Origin: Phoronis australis
Taxonomy: Eukaryota; Animalia; Phoronida
Assembly: GCA_002633005.1 (NCBI GenBank)
Contig: NMRA01000339.1
Coordinates: 15,217-79,216, forward strand
Length of the DNA stretch: 64,000 bases
Direction of reading: 5' to 3'
Part shown: piece by piece, positions 1-31,559 of the stretch
Position numbering within the stretch: the stretch's first letter is position 1
How the letters are laid out: each line of letters starts with the position of its first letter
Position numbers and translations under genes: made by a program
The notes under the pieces: model-generated
Seen by the model: the letters and a program-made list of their open reading frames with translations, nothing else
The model's database searches: none
What the model was told of the DNA's origin: nothing

Positions 1-20260
<20,260 letters not shown>

Positions 20261-23200
20261 TATGGCCCTTAAATGGCTAGGCCAAAAGACCTAAAATGTA
20301 TTATTTAAGTGACTATTAAACCTGGATTCCATCACAAAAACAACTTCTGATTTAGACCACTTACTGTTACAAAGTTCGATTCAAATTGTTCCTCAATCAA
20401 ACAGTATATATGATTTCAGGATTTCACACTTACAGTTGAGATACAGTTTTAGAAGTTGTCTGATCATGGTGTAGTACCGTATATGCAGTCAACATGGTCT
20501 CAAGGACTAACAAATTCCCAGTTCTATGCAAATTCAGAAATCAATTTTCATCCGAGTAAGAACAACTTGAGATCAGTGTTAAAGCACCAAAGTTTTGCTT
20601 TTTGGACACAAAGTGGGTAAATAAACCCTCTACCTAACATACGGTAACATGAAAGTTCATGACTTACAAGTTGCAAAACCACAAGATATGACATGATCGC
20701 ATTTACAGATGTTTCCCCCATGCACCAAATTCTGCTGTTAGGGACTTTCTTTTCATGCACTGCAGACATAGATCATGCACTGAGCACAAGCACAGTCTGC
20801 CCCAGGTGTTTGACCTCATTTATTATCCAAAAGTAAAATCTCCAGTTTGGGAGACTTCAGCTGAGGCACTGCTGCCCCGATTTTTCAAATGCATAGTAGG
20901 ATGGTTGCCGGTTCATAAACATCCGGTCACATCACAGATAACATGTAGACATGTAACCTGATTCATAATTTGTGTTGGAGATGATGAGATTAGGCAAGTG
21001 GGGCGGATATTCAATAACGTGTGCCATAAGAACCTTTCACACAATTAAAAGACTTGCTGGTCTGTGTATTTGTTTGATGCACTTGAAAGCTCACGTTCAT
21101 TTTTTATTTTTCTATCACGGGGGTTTTGTAACACTCGTAACATAAACAGCACTAGTAAAGTAATAATATCAACAATACTATCAAACCAACATACTGTATC
21201 ATGAATATATCACGGATTTCATGAAAATCGTTCTACATTTTAGCATATGAAAAAACGTCAGCAACAAATTAGACGAATTCTCCCAAACAATTCATAAAGT
21301 GGCAACTTTTGCCAACAATCTAGTTCAACATGTGTCACTCAAATCTTCAAACCACCCATTACACTTCCATGGCAAACACTATGACACCAGCCTCAACTAT
21401 TGCGTAACAGACTCAACAGAGTGAATGACCTAGCTTCTGTGCCTCTAAATTTGTCAACAAGCTGTTACACACTGATGAAGTCCTATTTGACCATCTACAA
21501 TCAGCCAAATATAACTTCCCATTGGTCTGGTATTCTCATCAATATAAACTGTAGTACTACACAAGCACATATGATGTAGCAATGCTGTTATCCATACTCA
21601 CACCACTGGCAGATTTAGGATGTAATACTATACAGAAACCTAAGTTGCACATATTCTCACAAAGTTCCTATTTATATTTCATTAACAACTTCAGCCAGAC
21701 ATGGCCCACTACTGAAGATCCTGATATATGTCCCTGATGTCTTCAGTCCCTTTTACAGTGTGTGGCAAATATGAGAGATGGGAACAGGTCATTTCAGTTT
21801 CGTTCAAATCATTCAACACGGATAAATAAAACAAGTATCTTGACTACTGTTAACTGACTGTGACAAGAAAACCCTTATAACCTTCAGATTTTTTAATGTG
21901 GTCTAGAGGAAAAGGCAGCAGTTTACAACCCAAGGGTTATCTTAAATGCTTATCAAAAATCCAATCAAAAGTTAGTCTGGACTAATTCATAAGCAACAAG
22001 TTGAGTCTAATTTTATAGTCTAAAATCATAAGTTCTCTTCTTAGACAGAAAGCCTGTTGATAGATGCTTGAATCTTAATCTCCAGAGACCTTTGACCAGA
22101 GGAGTACCTTATGACCACATACACTCACCACAGCAGCACTGCCTATTTTTCCAACACAAGCACAAACATGGGCTCAGCCCCAGAGCAAAGATCACAAGTC
22201 AAAGGCTAAAGGTCAAATGAAAGCTTGACTACTTGGTTACTTGGTAAACCACAATGACATGCCAGGTCAGAATTTCACAGTTCAATTTCACATCCAACAA
22301 TGCATATTACGGATATTTAGGACCCTGGAAAAAAGTCCAAATTTAGCCAACTTCACAAAATGGAACCATAAGAAACTTCCAGATACCACGATTTACACAA
22401 AGTTCCCAACAATGCCGTTAAGAATAATTATTTTTAAAACATTTCACTATTGTTGTATGAGGGGCTTTTATGATGTTCATGAAAAATCAAAAGTTGCATT
22501 AAAGAAAACAAATGACAATTTAGAGTTTTCGAGATTTCATCAACGCGAACATTTTTATTAAATGAAATTTTTGACCATCTAAATGAGACTGTTGTTTTGC
22601 AATCAATGTATTTTTCTTGTTTGCTAAATTTTACAAAAAAAGCCATCTTCACGTGACAAAATTAACAGCACACATAAGGCAAATTTGTATGTCCGTCACG
22701 TATGTCCATCATACCCATGAAATCACAAATGTTCAGCCAATAAAAATCACTTGAAGTCTTAGTTTTACATTCAAAACTTGCAGAAGAAGAAATGCATTTC
22801 AAAGCTAAGAACCTTAAAACAATTGAATATTATAAAGATAGATTTAAAATCAGGTAAAGAAGTTGCTGCAGATTTAAACTAGATGCATTGCTTGGAGTTT
22901 ACAACTTCAAAGTATATGCTGAAATGTTAGGGTTTACAGTCAGAGTCATTTAGTTATTCTCAGTAGAATTCAACTTGTTAAAATCAGACAGTTGGACTCC
23001 ATTATAAAAGTTCAATAGAACAAAATATCAATTAAATGAATTTATTGTTTTTCTGTTGCTGCCCTATCTTTGGAAAGATATGCTTAGCTTTTGGAAAATT
23101 CAAGATGCAAAAATATTCATATAACAGAATTTCTAATCACGCTAATCTCTAGCTAAAGATCAGCATCTGGTGTCTTGTTTTCACACTGAAAGACAGCACC

Positions 23201-24480
23201 AGGGTGTTTTGAATCAAAATATGAATGGCATAAGTTGATGCTGTCAACGAAACCATGGTGAACAAATTGTCTGCTTCACACTTTGTTATAAGAAGATACT
23301 GAAGTCATCTTACTAATAATTTTAAAACATCACCTTTATTGTTTACATGGGTATGCATCAGAACCATCAACGACATGGACCTGAGAATAAGTTTGTACAA
23401 GCTTAGGTCGATCTCTAATTTAAAAAAAAATACATAATGCGTTTTTATTTCAGTGATGATTAGTAATGTTTAAAACTTCATTTCGCATTTTATAATTTGA
23501 CGGTCACATTAGTATCAAATAAGTATTCTACTTAACACATAAAGCAGTTTTCCTGATAACTAACAGTCAAGTACAAAAAGATTACATCACTCTCACTCCC
23601 ACCTATATTGCTTGCCATCTTAGAAGTGAGGATTTTAGGAAGTTGTTATATTTTTTTAACCAAATGTATTGTAAAGTTAAAATCCTAGAGTACATTCCCA
23701 GCCCAGGCCTACCTGTGAGGATTTTGTGCAAAAGGTCAATCAGTAAGTGTATTTTGATTTAAAAACATTGAATCAATAGCAAAAGACCAATATGGCTTAA
23801 CTACTACAAACATTTGAATAATTCTGAATTGATATCGTTGTCACAACCAACAATTTAATACTAGAAATTCAGAGCGTACGTCCGTCACATTCACTCAACT
23901 TACACCGAGCTATAAAACAAAAATTTCTTAGAACATATCATCAAAAAAATTTGTGTGTTGTACTTTGCAAACATTTCACTAAATCATCATATAAAACATT
24001 ACGTTGTAATTCAATGCAACTGACAGAAAATTAAAGGTACTTTTTTCAAAAATTCAAATTCTAGATGCGTAGGTCCATCACACCCCTTTAAAGGCAATTT
24101 TCTCAGTCAGATAATAAGAAAAGTTATACAGGATTTTAAAACTATCAATGAGACCTATCAATTGATGTATGAATCATTTTCCTAGGATGAACATTTCTTG
24201 ACAATTGATCAAAATGTTCTGATTGTATGTCCATTACAAATGGAATTGCGCTATGCCAGCCAAGATCCCACATCCCATACTGGTGTGCGGCAAAGGGCTT
24301 TGCATCCGACTGGGACCATTAAAGGAGAATGCCACCCGATGTAATTAGTCCTTTTTACAATCTTAATCATACCTCGTATACGGTCGATCTTACCTCGCCG
24401 AGAGGTGTCGAGTTAACCTGTGAGGAAGGTGAGAAACGACGCAGTGATGTCAGTGGTTCCTCAGCAGAGTGAGTCCCGCT

Positions 24481-24700
24481 ATGGTGTGGTGTATCGTTCC
24501 TGCTTGTGCGACCTATGAAGCTGCGAGGAAAGCAGGTATATTGTTTTTTCGATTTCCTAAAGAGCCCATAATGCTTCGGAAGTGGCTTGCGGTAGTAAAA
24601 AATAAAAAGTATGCCGTTAATACCAAGTACTGTGGCCATGAAACTTCTCCGTGTCTGTCAGTGGCCTGCATTTTGTCGGATCGGATGTTGATCAGTTTTT
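24481..24700 (+). pseudogene. THAP zinc-finger remnant (transposase N-terminus)
   Basis: MVWCIVPAC...FFRFPKEPIMLRKWL...RVC, then a frameshift to GLHF: the C2CH THAP pattern with conserved P, W and F. Confidence 0.8.
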
Positions 24701-24796
24701 GATCATGGAGAATTGTAGTAGGCCATGAAAACACAAACTATTACAAATAATTCAAAGCGTGGGAACATGTTTAAAAAAAACTGTTTGATAACTGAC

Positions 24797-25205
24797 TCGT
24801 TCGTTAGGCTTCTGTTTGGTCCTCCGGGTGTAGGATATTTTTGCCAGTTCTTTTTCTCAGCCCTAAAAAACATTGTAAGCACATCTTTTTTAGATGTGGT
24901 GCAAAATCAGGATGGTCTGTAAGACACATCTGCACTCCACCAAGATTTCATTTCACTTGTGGAATTTCGTGGCAGCAAACGCAAGTGTCAGTCGTTGGGT
25001 CGGATCACTGACACCATGACAACTCATTCAAATGGTTTTTGGGACTATTCATATGTTCCGTTGTCTGTGCACGTTCACGGAGCCTCTCTATTATTTCTTG
25101 ATCAGTGTATTGCAGTTCGAACTGATAGCCTGTGAAACCTAACAATCGACCAGTGAAGTCTTCGTCGGATGAGCACTCGTCTAAGTCAGGATGGCAAGTA
25201 GCCAC
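24797..25205 (-). pseudogene. KolX / P2X7 cytoplasmic-ballast-like Cys-rich protein remnant
   Basis: GYQFE...SWCQ*SDPTTDTCVCCHEIPQVK*...CLTDHPDFAPHL, then a frameshift to KDVL; two in-frame stops. Family recognised by motif pattern only. Confidence 0.65.
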
Positions 25206-25818
25206 ATTGATGTTTATATTGTTTCAAAATGAATTATTCTCACCCTAACTACCGCTATGCTTATATAAAACTGAAACAAAGTCTGTCTCAATAGATCCAA
25301 TTTGAAATGACTTGGAGTGTTCGTGAGTGCAAATGTTTTGAGAAGCCAGCAATGAATAATCACTGCGTTACCGGCTTTAGATGCAATAAACCGGCTAATT
25401 GACTGGGCAACGAGGCCGAGTGAGCGCATGATAATTCAGTGTTTGCTGTTAGAAAGCTGTTGTGAAACAATAACTCCATTTTATATCCTATTGTCAGATG
25501 TTAGGGTAATCTTTATTTAGATATTCATATACATTATTCAAATCAATGTGACTGTACAACTTTTGCCCTGACGGAGGGAAGGGTAACCTGACTTTGCGGT
25601 CTGGCTCCGAAGAGCTAGTAAGTAGATTTACAGTTGTACATACATTTTCTTTAACTCACAAGTATAGTCTTTTCATGATTGGAAGTTTAGTTTCCAACTT
25701 TGGCGGGTGTATGTTCGTGATGTCTTCAGTCCGGCCGTGATGGGCGTGATCGGGTTCCGAGCCACTGGCTGGGATAACAAGCGTTTTACATGTTTGGAAC
25801 TGAAAAAATCGCGAGTCT

Positions 25819-27367
25819 AACAAGAGCAACGCGCAGCCTTGAGATGCACCCACGAGTGCATCACAAATGGTGTGCTTTTTAGGGTTATTTATTTGTATCG
25901 CAAAAATGGTCACTAGATGGCGCAAAAACGTGCAATCCATCCAAAAACAAGAACATGCCATATTCCACAAAAATTTATCAAGGAACTTCAGAGAAACAAT
26001 GGAAAACAGAGAAAAATGAAATTGCCCCTTGTGGGCACAGCGTCCGTTGGATCCACCTGAAAGTCTTTGTTATCTTCATATATTAACACACTTACTAAAC
26101 TTAATAAAGATCCTCTACATAGTGGGTTTAAGAGATACAGCTATGGACGCAAAACAAAACTACCACTAAGAGGCGCCTCAGTAGTCAGCAGCCATCAACA
26201 AACGTCCTCTTCACACTGAAAACACATATGCAAATTTTCAAAACCATCCCTAGAATGATTTGGTTGCTAGAGGGGTGGACGCCAAAAACAAGATTTGAAA
26301 ACAGCAAAAATTGCCACTAGATGGCGCAAAATACTCGATTCCATCCAAAGACAGGAGGATATCATCATTTGACCAATACATGCCTATATCCAAAATTTTA
26401 TGAAAATCTCTTGAAGACCTTCGCAGATACAGAAGTAAACATAAAAAACTAAAATTGCCAATAGGGGGCACACCAGTAGTCAGATCCGTCCGAAAGATAT
26501 CGTCGTTTGTTGTCAACATCATATAAATACGTCTTGCCAATAAGTAAAGATCCTGCAAACGGTTTAGGAGATACGGCCATGAGCGCAAAATAACAAAACT
26601 GCCAAATAGGAGACCCCACAGTAGTCGAAGTCATCGGAAAATCATCGTCAGCCGTCCACTTCACAGTAGAAACATACATGTCAATTTTCAAAATTATCCT
26701 GAAAGTGGTTTGGGTGATAGATAGACGAGTGTACGCCAAAAAGCAGATTCAAAAACAGCAAAAATGGCCACTAGGTAGCGCAAACTATCCGAAAGTCATC
26801 GTCCTCCATTATCAACATCACACAAATAAATGTACTAAATTTAGTAAAGATCCTGCACATGGTTTAGGAGATACAGCCATAAGTGCAAAAAAACAAAACT
26901 GCCACTAGGAGGTGCCACATTAATCAAACTCGTCGGAAAATCATCGTCAAGCGTCCACTTCATAGTAAACATACATGCCAATTTTCACAATCATCCTTTG
27001 AGTGGTTTGGTTGATAGCGAGGTGACGCAAAAACAGACTCGAAAACAGTAAAAATGGCCACTAGGTGGTGCAAACTATGTAGAATTCTTCCGAAAATGTA
27101 AGGATAGCGTCACCTGACTAATAGGGGCCTATATATCAAATTTTATGAAAATCCGTTGAGGACTTTTGATGGTACAGAGGTAAAAAACTAAATTGCCACT
27201 AGAGGGCACACCAGTAGTTGGATCCGTCCAAAAGTTAGCTCATACCGTCCCACCTACGGAAGGATCACGAGCTAAATTTCATGAACATACATCAAGGCAT
27301 TTTGGAAATAGAGCAACGGTTGCCGGACGGCATAATGCGTCCACATATATAAATATTTGGCACATAA
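25819..27367 (-). mobile_element. Full-length HINE copy inserted in the Kolobok-like element
   Basis: Both termini present (AACAAGAGCAACGC..ATGCACCCA and ATGCGTCCACATAT..TGGCACATAA); about 10 internal monomers. Confidence 0.82.
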
Positions 27368-28239
27368 TAAAATTACAACATGCAGCTATGTTCTCCTGTC
27401 TGTATCTCACGGACGAATAGATTTGAATTGATCACCAAACAGACTCCAAACTCCCGCGACCGACCTTGCGGTAAATTGGCCTACCGAACTTTGCAGGCTA
27501 CGGTACGTTCAAATACCTAAAAATCCGTAACAGCGAAATAAAATACCATGTTTGTGTAATAACTCTATGTATTTGTAAGGGTTTTACATTGAATTTTGAT
27601 GATTTATTGGTGTAAAACCATGAATTCAAGCGATAAACTGACACCAGTAAGCGTGTTGTGAACTGCTGAACAGACTGCATTCAAACCTCCGATGTCATTG
27701 GTTAATTTCAACACCTCCGTCTGCTGTCAGTTGTCAGGTAAAAGAGCTGTACTTGCTGTTAATGAGAGGAACTACTCGATCTAAATTGATACAAAATAGG
27801 TTGTTCTTTGAGTGGCATTCTTCTTTAACCACCCTACTCCTTTCAAAACCCAGGGGAAACATTGAGTGGTTAATAGTCTAATAGTCGGAGAGTTACTCCC
27901 ATAAAATAACAGGCATTATTCAGTGGGAGAAAATGGTTCTCTAATATTACTTGTAATCTGAAAACCACCAATCAGATTACCAAATGGTGAATTCGGACAT
28001 CCAGATCTAGTAATGGCACATAACAGAACTTCTAACATCTAAGTGGGTTCACATGCACCTTTAATCAGCCCTTGACGATATACTATAGACATAGTATAGT
28101 TGAGGATAGCCTTGGTACAAAGCTGTATACTAAATATACAGCTTTGCGCCTATGAGGGTAAAAAATGACCACATAAAATCTGACACAAAATTAGGGTTAC
28201 TAAAAACTACACCCTTCCTCGAGTACACTAAATCATTTA

Positions 28240-28780
28240 CCGATTTTGGAAAAATTGGTGTAGTACCGTTATTCTGCAGCTAAAATTGTGGAGCGATTTT
28301 ATGCGTCAGTTTTCGGTACCATGAAATATTGCGTCACCTATTGGCCAGTTATTTTCGCCGATTCTTCAATCAACTGTTGTTCTTTCACGAGGTTGCGTAC
28401 ACATCATGGAAAATTATCGGAACTGGTTCCACTTCATTGTAAGTTTTTAGAATTTTGATACCAGCAAACCGAATTTTAGAAGAAATTTTGCTGCTGCCAA
28501 GCTCATCATCTCCCAATTAAGAGAATATGTCGCAAAAATTTAAGGAAATGGCGCGTGCGCGCGTCACGAGCATACTGTTTTCGAAATGACGATATAACTT
28601 TTTTTTGTTAGAAAAAGCGAAGTATTACGCAAGAAAATTACATCGATTAGATTGTTTTTTCACTTAAACGACTGTAACAGGCAAGGTGAGTGTCGGTTGA
28701 CTCCCAGATTTTATATGCACCCCGTCCGGTCTTTAGCTTTACATGTTGATACAAGTTTTACGGCGAGGTAACGAGCAGAA
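28240..28780. promoter_or_regulatory. Candidate ACSL promoter / non-coding first exon region
   Basis: Locally CpG-rich (GGCGCGTGCGCGCGTCACG), repeated GCGTCA half-CRE sites, a minus-strand donor-like TCG|GTAAAT at ~28241 and a plus-strand donor AAG|GTGAGT at ~28686. Confidence 0.35.
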
Positions 28781-29740
28781 CTACCCTGGATGTGTGCAAT
28801 TTCGTGGTCTATGGAAAATTATCGCACAGCAAGCTGTATTTTGACAATAGTCTTCATACGGCTAGCTGGCTGGCTAAGTCGAGGGCTGATTAAAGCAATA
28901 ACTTATGAATAAGCCTGTGTGGGTGGCTCATTGTTGACAAGGCATTTCAGCACTATAATTTGAGCAACCTTTTTTCCAGCAGCAGAATTTTTGGTTTTCT
29001 TGCACGACAAACAGTTTAATATAAAGCCGGTGTCTAGCCCTGAATGAATCGATGATTGAATGGTGTCTTTAACCAACGCAACCGGCTTCGTCTTCCATTT
29101 GCTACTTTCTGTCTGATTTTAGTGTTGTGAATCTGCTTAGAATTTGTGCTTTTTCGTCCCTTTCACAAAAACAGATAACACTTAATACTTACTATTGTTG
29201 TTTCGGCACTGAGTGGTGAAGTCTCCACTAAATTTTAGCACATTTTGTGCAGGTAATATCTTTGAAAAACTCAAAAAACACGTCACTTCTTTTTCACCTT
29301 GATACCGACAGCTTTACAGGTGGCGCTTTGTCTGATAATTACAACAGCGTCATCTAGTAGCGATTCGATAAATCACTGTTGAACCTTGGTCGCCGACCCG
29401 TCAAGCCGCCGGCTGACAACGTAAAGCTCATAAAGACGACATGACAAATTTTCATGTGTTTTTGCATATCCATCTTATTTGAAAATACCATTGAGCTTCA
29501 CATTGGGAGCATCTTTTAACCTCCTTTTATTGATAGGACTAACATCACATGCGCGCACCGTCCAACCTAAAACATGCCGGTGGTGGCGAATTTTTGAGAA
29601 TGTGGATCTTTTACTATATTTAAAAAACTACTTACATGTAGCTTCACTATATGCGAATAGTGACAGGATTACTTGGATACAATGAATATACATAACCCAG
29701 AAAGCGCCAAGAGGCATTATATCTGGGTTAAAAAAGTACA

Positions 29741-29821
29741 AAGAAATCTATATACAATTATTTTACACAAATACATAAAAACAAGAAATCTGTATACAAT
29801 TATTTTACACAAATACATAAA
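29741..29821. repeat. 42-bp direct duplication
   Basis: AAGAAATCTRTATACAATTATTTTACACAAATACATAAA occurs twice. Confidence 0.75.
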
Positions 29822-29889
29822 TTATAAAAAAGCTGTTGTTAAGATTGCAATGACATATGATTACGAAATAAATCATTTTCATACACATT

Positions 29890-30370
29890 CTATCCACTCA
29901 CACAAAGAGATTTAATATTATAAAGAAATTTTGATAAAACCTTATTTTCATTTGAGTTGAGTTCTTGACTTCCATTTAGAAAAAAAAATAATTTTGGTGT
30001 ACACTTGCGGAATTTCATAATATGTTTTATAAATATTGGGGTATTGTTCGAGTGTCTGGAAAAGCTGTACCCTCTGCTCCTTGCATGCCACACAAGCAAA
30101 GAAAACATGAGCATTTGTCCACAGCAACACAGAGGCGAAATATTATTGGAATTATGTCTAAATTTCTCGTTGTTTAGGAATAGACCGCATCTTGATCTGT
30201 AAAGGATTATTTCGTGGTTGCGAGGAAGTTGGAACGATGTCCATGGGACTGACAACTCTTGAGTGGTAGCATGCATTTTAAAGTTATTTTTTAGAGTGAC
30301 GATTGAAGTGCTTTCTTTTATTTTGGATGGTAAGGAATTCCAGTTGTCAATACAATTAGGTAATATGGTA
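29890..30370 (-). mobile_element. Decayed LINE ORF2 C-terminal fragment
   Basis: Frameshifted NWNSLPSKIKES..., RCGLFLN...SPLCCCG..HVFFAC...R, the Cys/His knuckle typical of CR1/L2-group ORF2 ends. Confidence 0.6.
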
Positions 30371-31559
30371 GTACTCTTTCAGTTGCAAGATTCGTGTACA
30401 ATAACACCGTCTTGATGAATAGGCCTAGACCTAATGTTTTCCACTGTATGCGACTTCAGTGCACGAAGTTCATATGGAGAATTTCTCGCTTACACTGATG
30501 ACCGGATTCCCTAAGCCCAAGAAAACTTTTACGATGCCTATTCAGCGCGCCCTTTCTGTCTTTGTATTGGAGTATGTCTGAGCTAATGGAGTGGAAACTG
30601 AGGTAATAGCTAGCATTACTGTCTCAACAATGGTTATTGTTAGTACCCCCAATTTGGTTTTCTCTGACATTTGCAGAGTTAAATAGCCCGCAACTCTGGA
30701 GAGTAGTTTTAACTTGGTACATTATAAATATTACAAAATGACTAAAAAGGTTAACTTGTGTTTATCTTCATAAAGGACCACTTCCCAAAGGTACGATATG
30801 TTTCATAATGATTTTCTTTATTTAATTTTTAATGCTTCTGCCCACTTTTTTTTTCTTATCGGGTTTGATAACTTTTTATCTAAGTTTTGAACTTGAAGTA
30901 CCAAAACAGTGGTATACCTAGATTTTGATCGCGGTTTAACTTAATTAGTTAAGTTCATTGTGAGCCCATCCCTAAACTTACCACATTACAGGTACACTAA
31001 ACATTTCACGTGTCATTGAAGTTTAATCTTTTCTAGAACTCAAATCATAAAGTATATACAAATGTTCAAATATGGTGATAACCAAATTGTAGATTTGGAA
31101 TCTCTGGACAATTTTGGTGGCAATAACTATATAACTATTCTCGCTCTTTGTCAGTAATAAAAATGAAAAGTGGGCACAACTACTGTTTCTTGGTCAAAAA
31201 TCTGATTAAACGAGACTGAAAGAATATTAAAAAATGAATCCATGTGATATTGTTAACTCTGATCAGCGTTTGTATAACCACCGAGTATATCAATACGCGC
31301 GGTAGTTTACCTTCAATCGTACCCAATGGTTGCAGTTTTTAGATTATTAGTTCATTGATTAAAAAAAGAAAAAAAACGTACTTGGTTGTTTTTTCAGCTG
31401 AATACCGCCGTGGTGTTCGTTTATAACGAAAATTAAGGATTAATACATTTTGAAAATTCGCCATGGACACCATTTTCAAGAGTGAACCAACCACTATACA
31501 GAGTGCCATTTAATCGTATACAGTGTACAGTTCAACGAACTTCTGTAAATCATACGAAT

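Larger units (their letters stand above)
24323..27824 (+). mobile_element. Kolobok-like DNA transposon relic (internally deleted)
   Basis: TTAA at 24319-24322 and 27825-27828; TIRs AGGAGAATGCCAC / GTGGCATTCTTCT; THAP remnant on + and a convergent Cys-rich ORF remnant on -. Confidence 0.75.
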
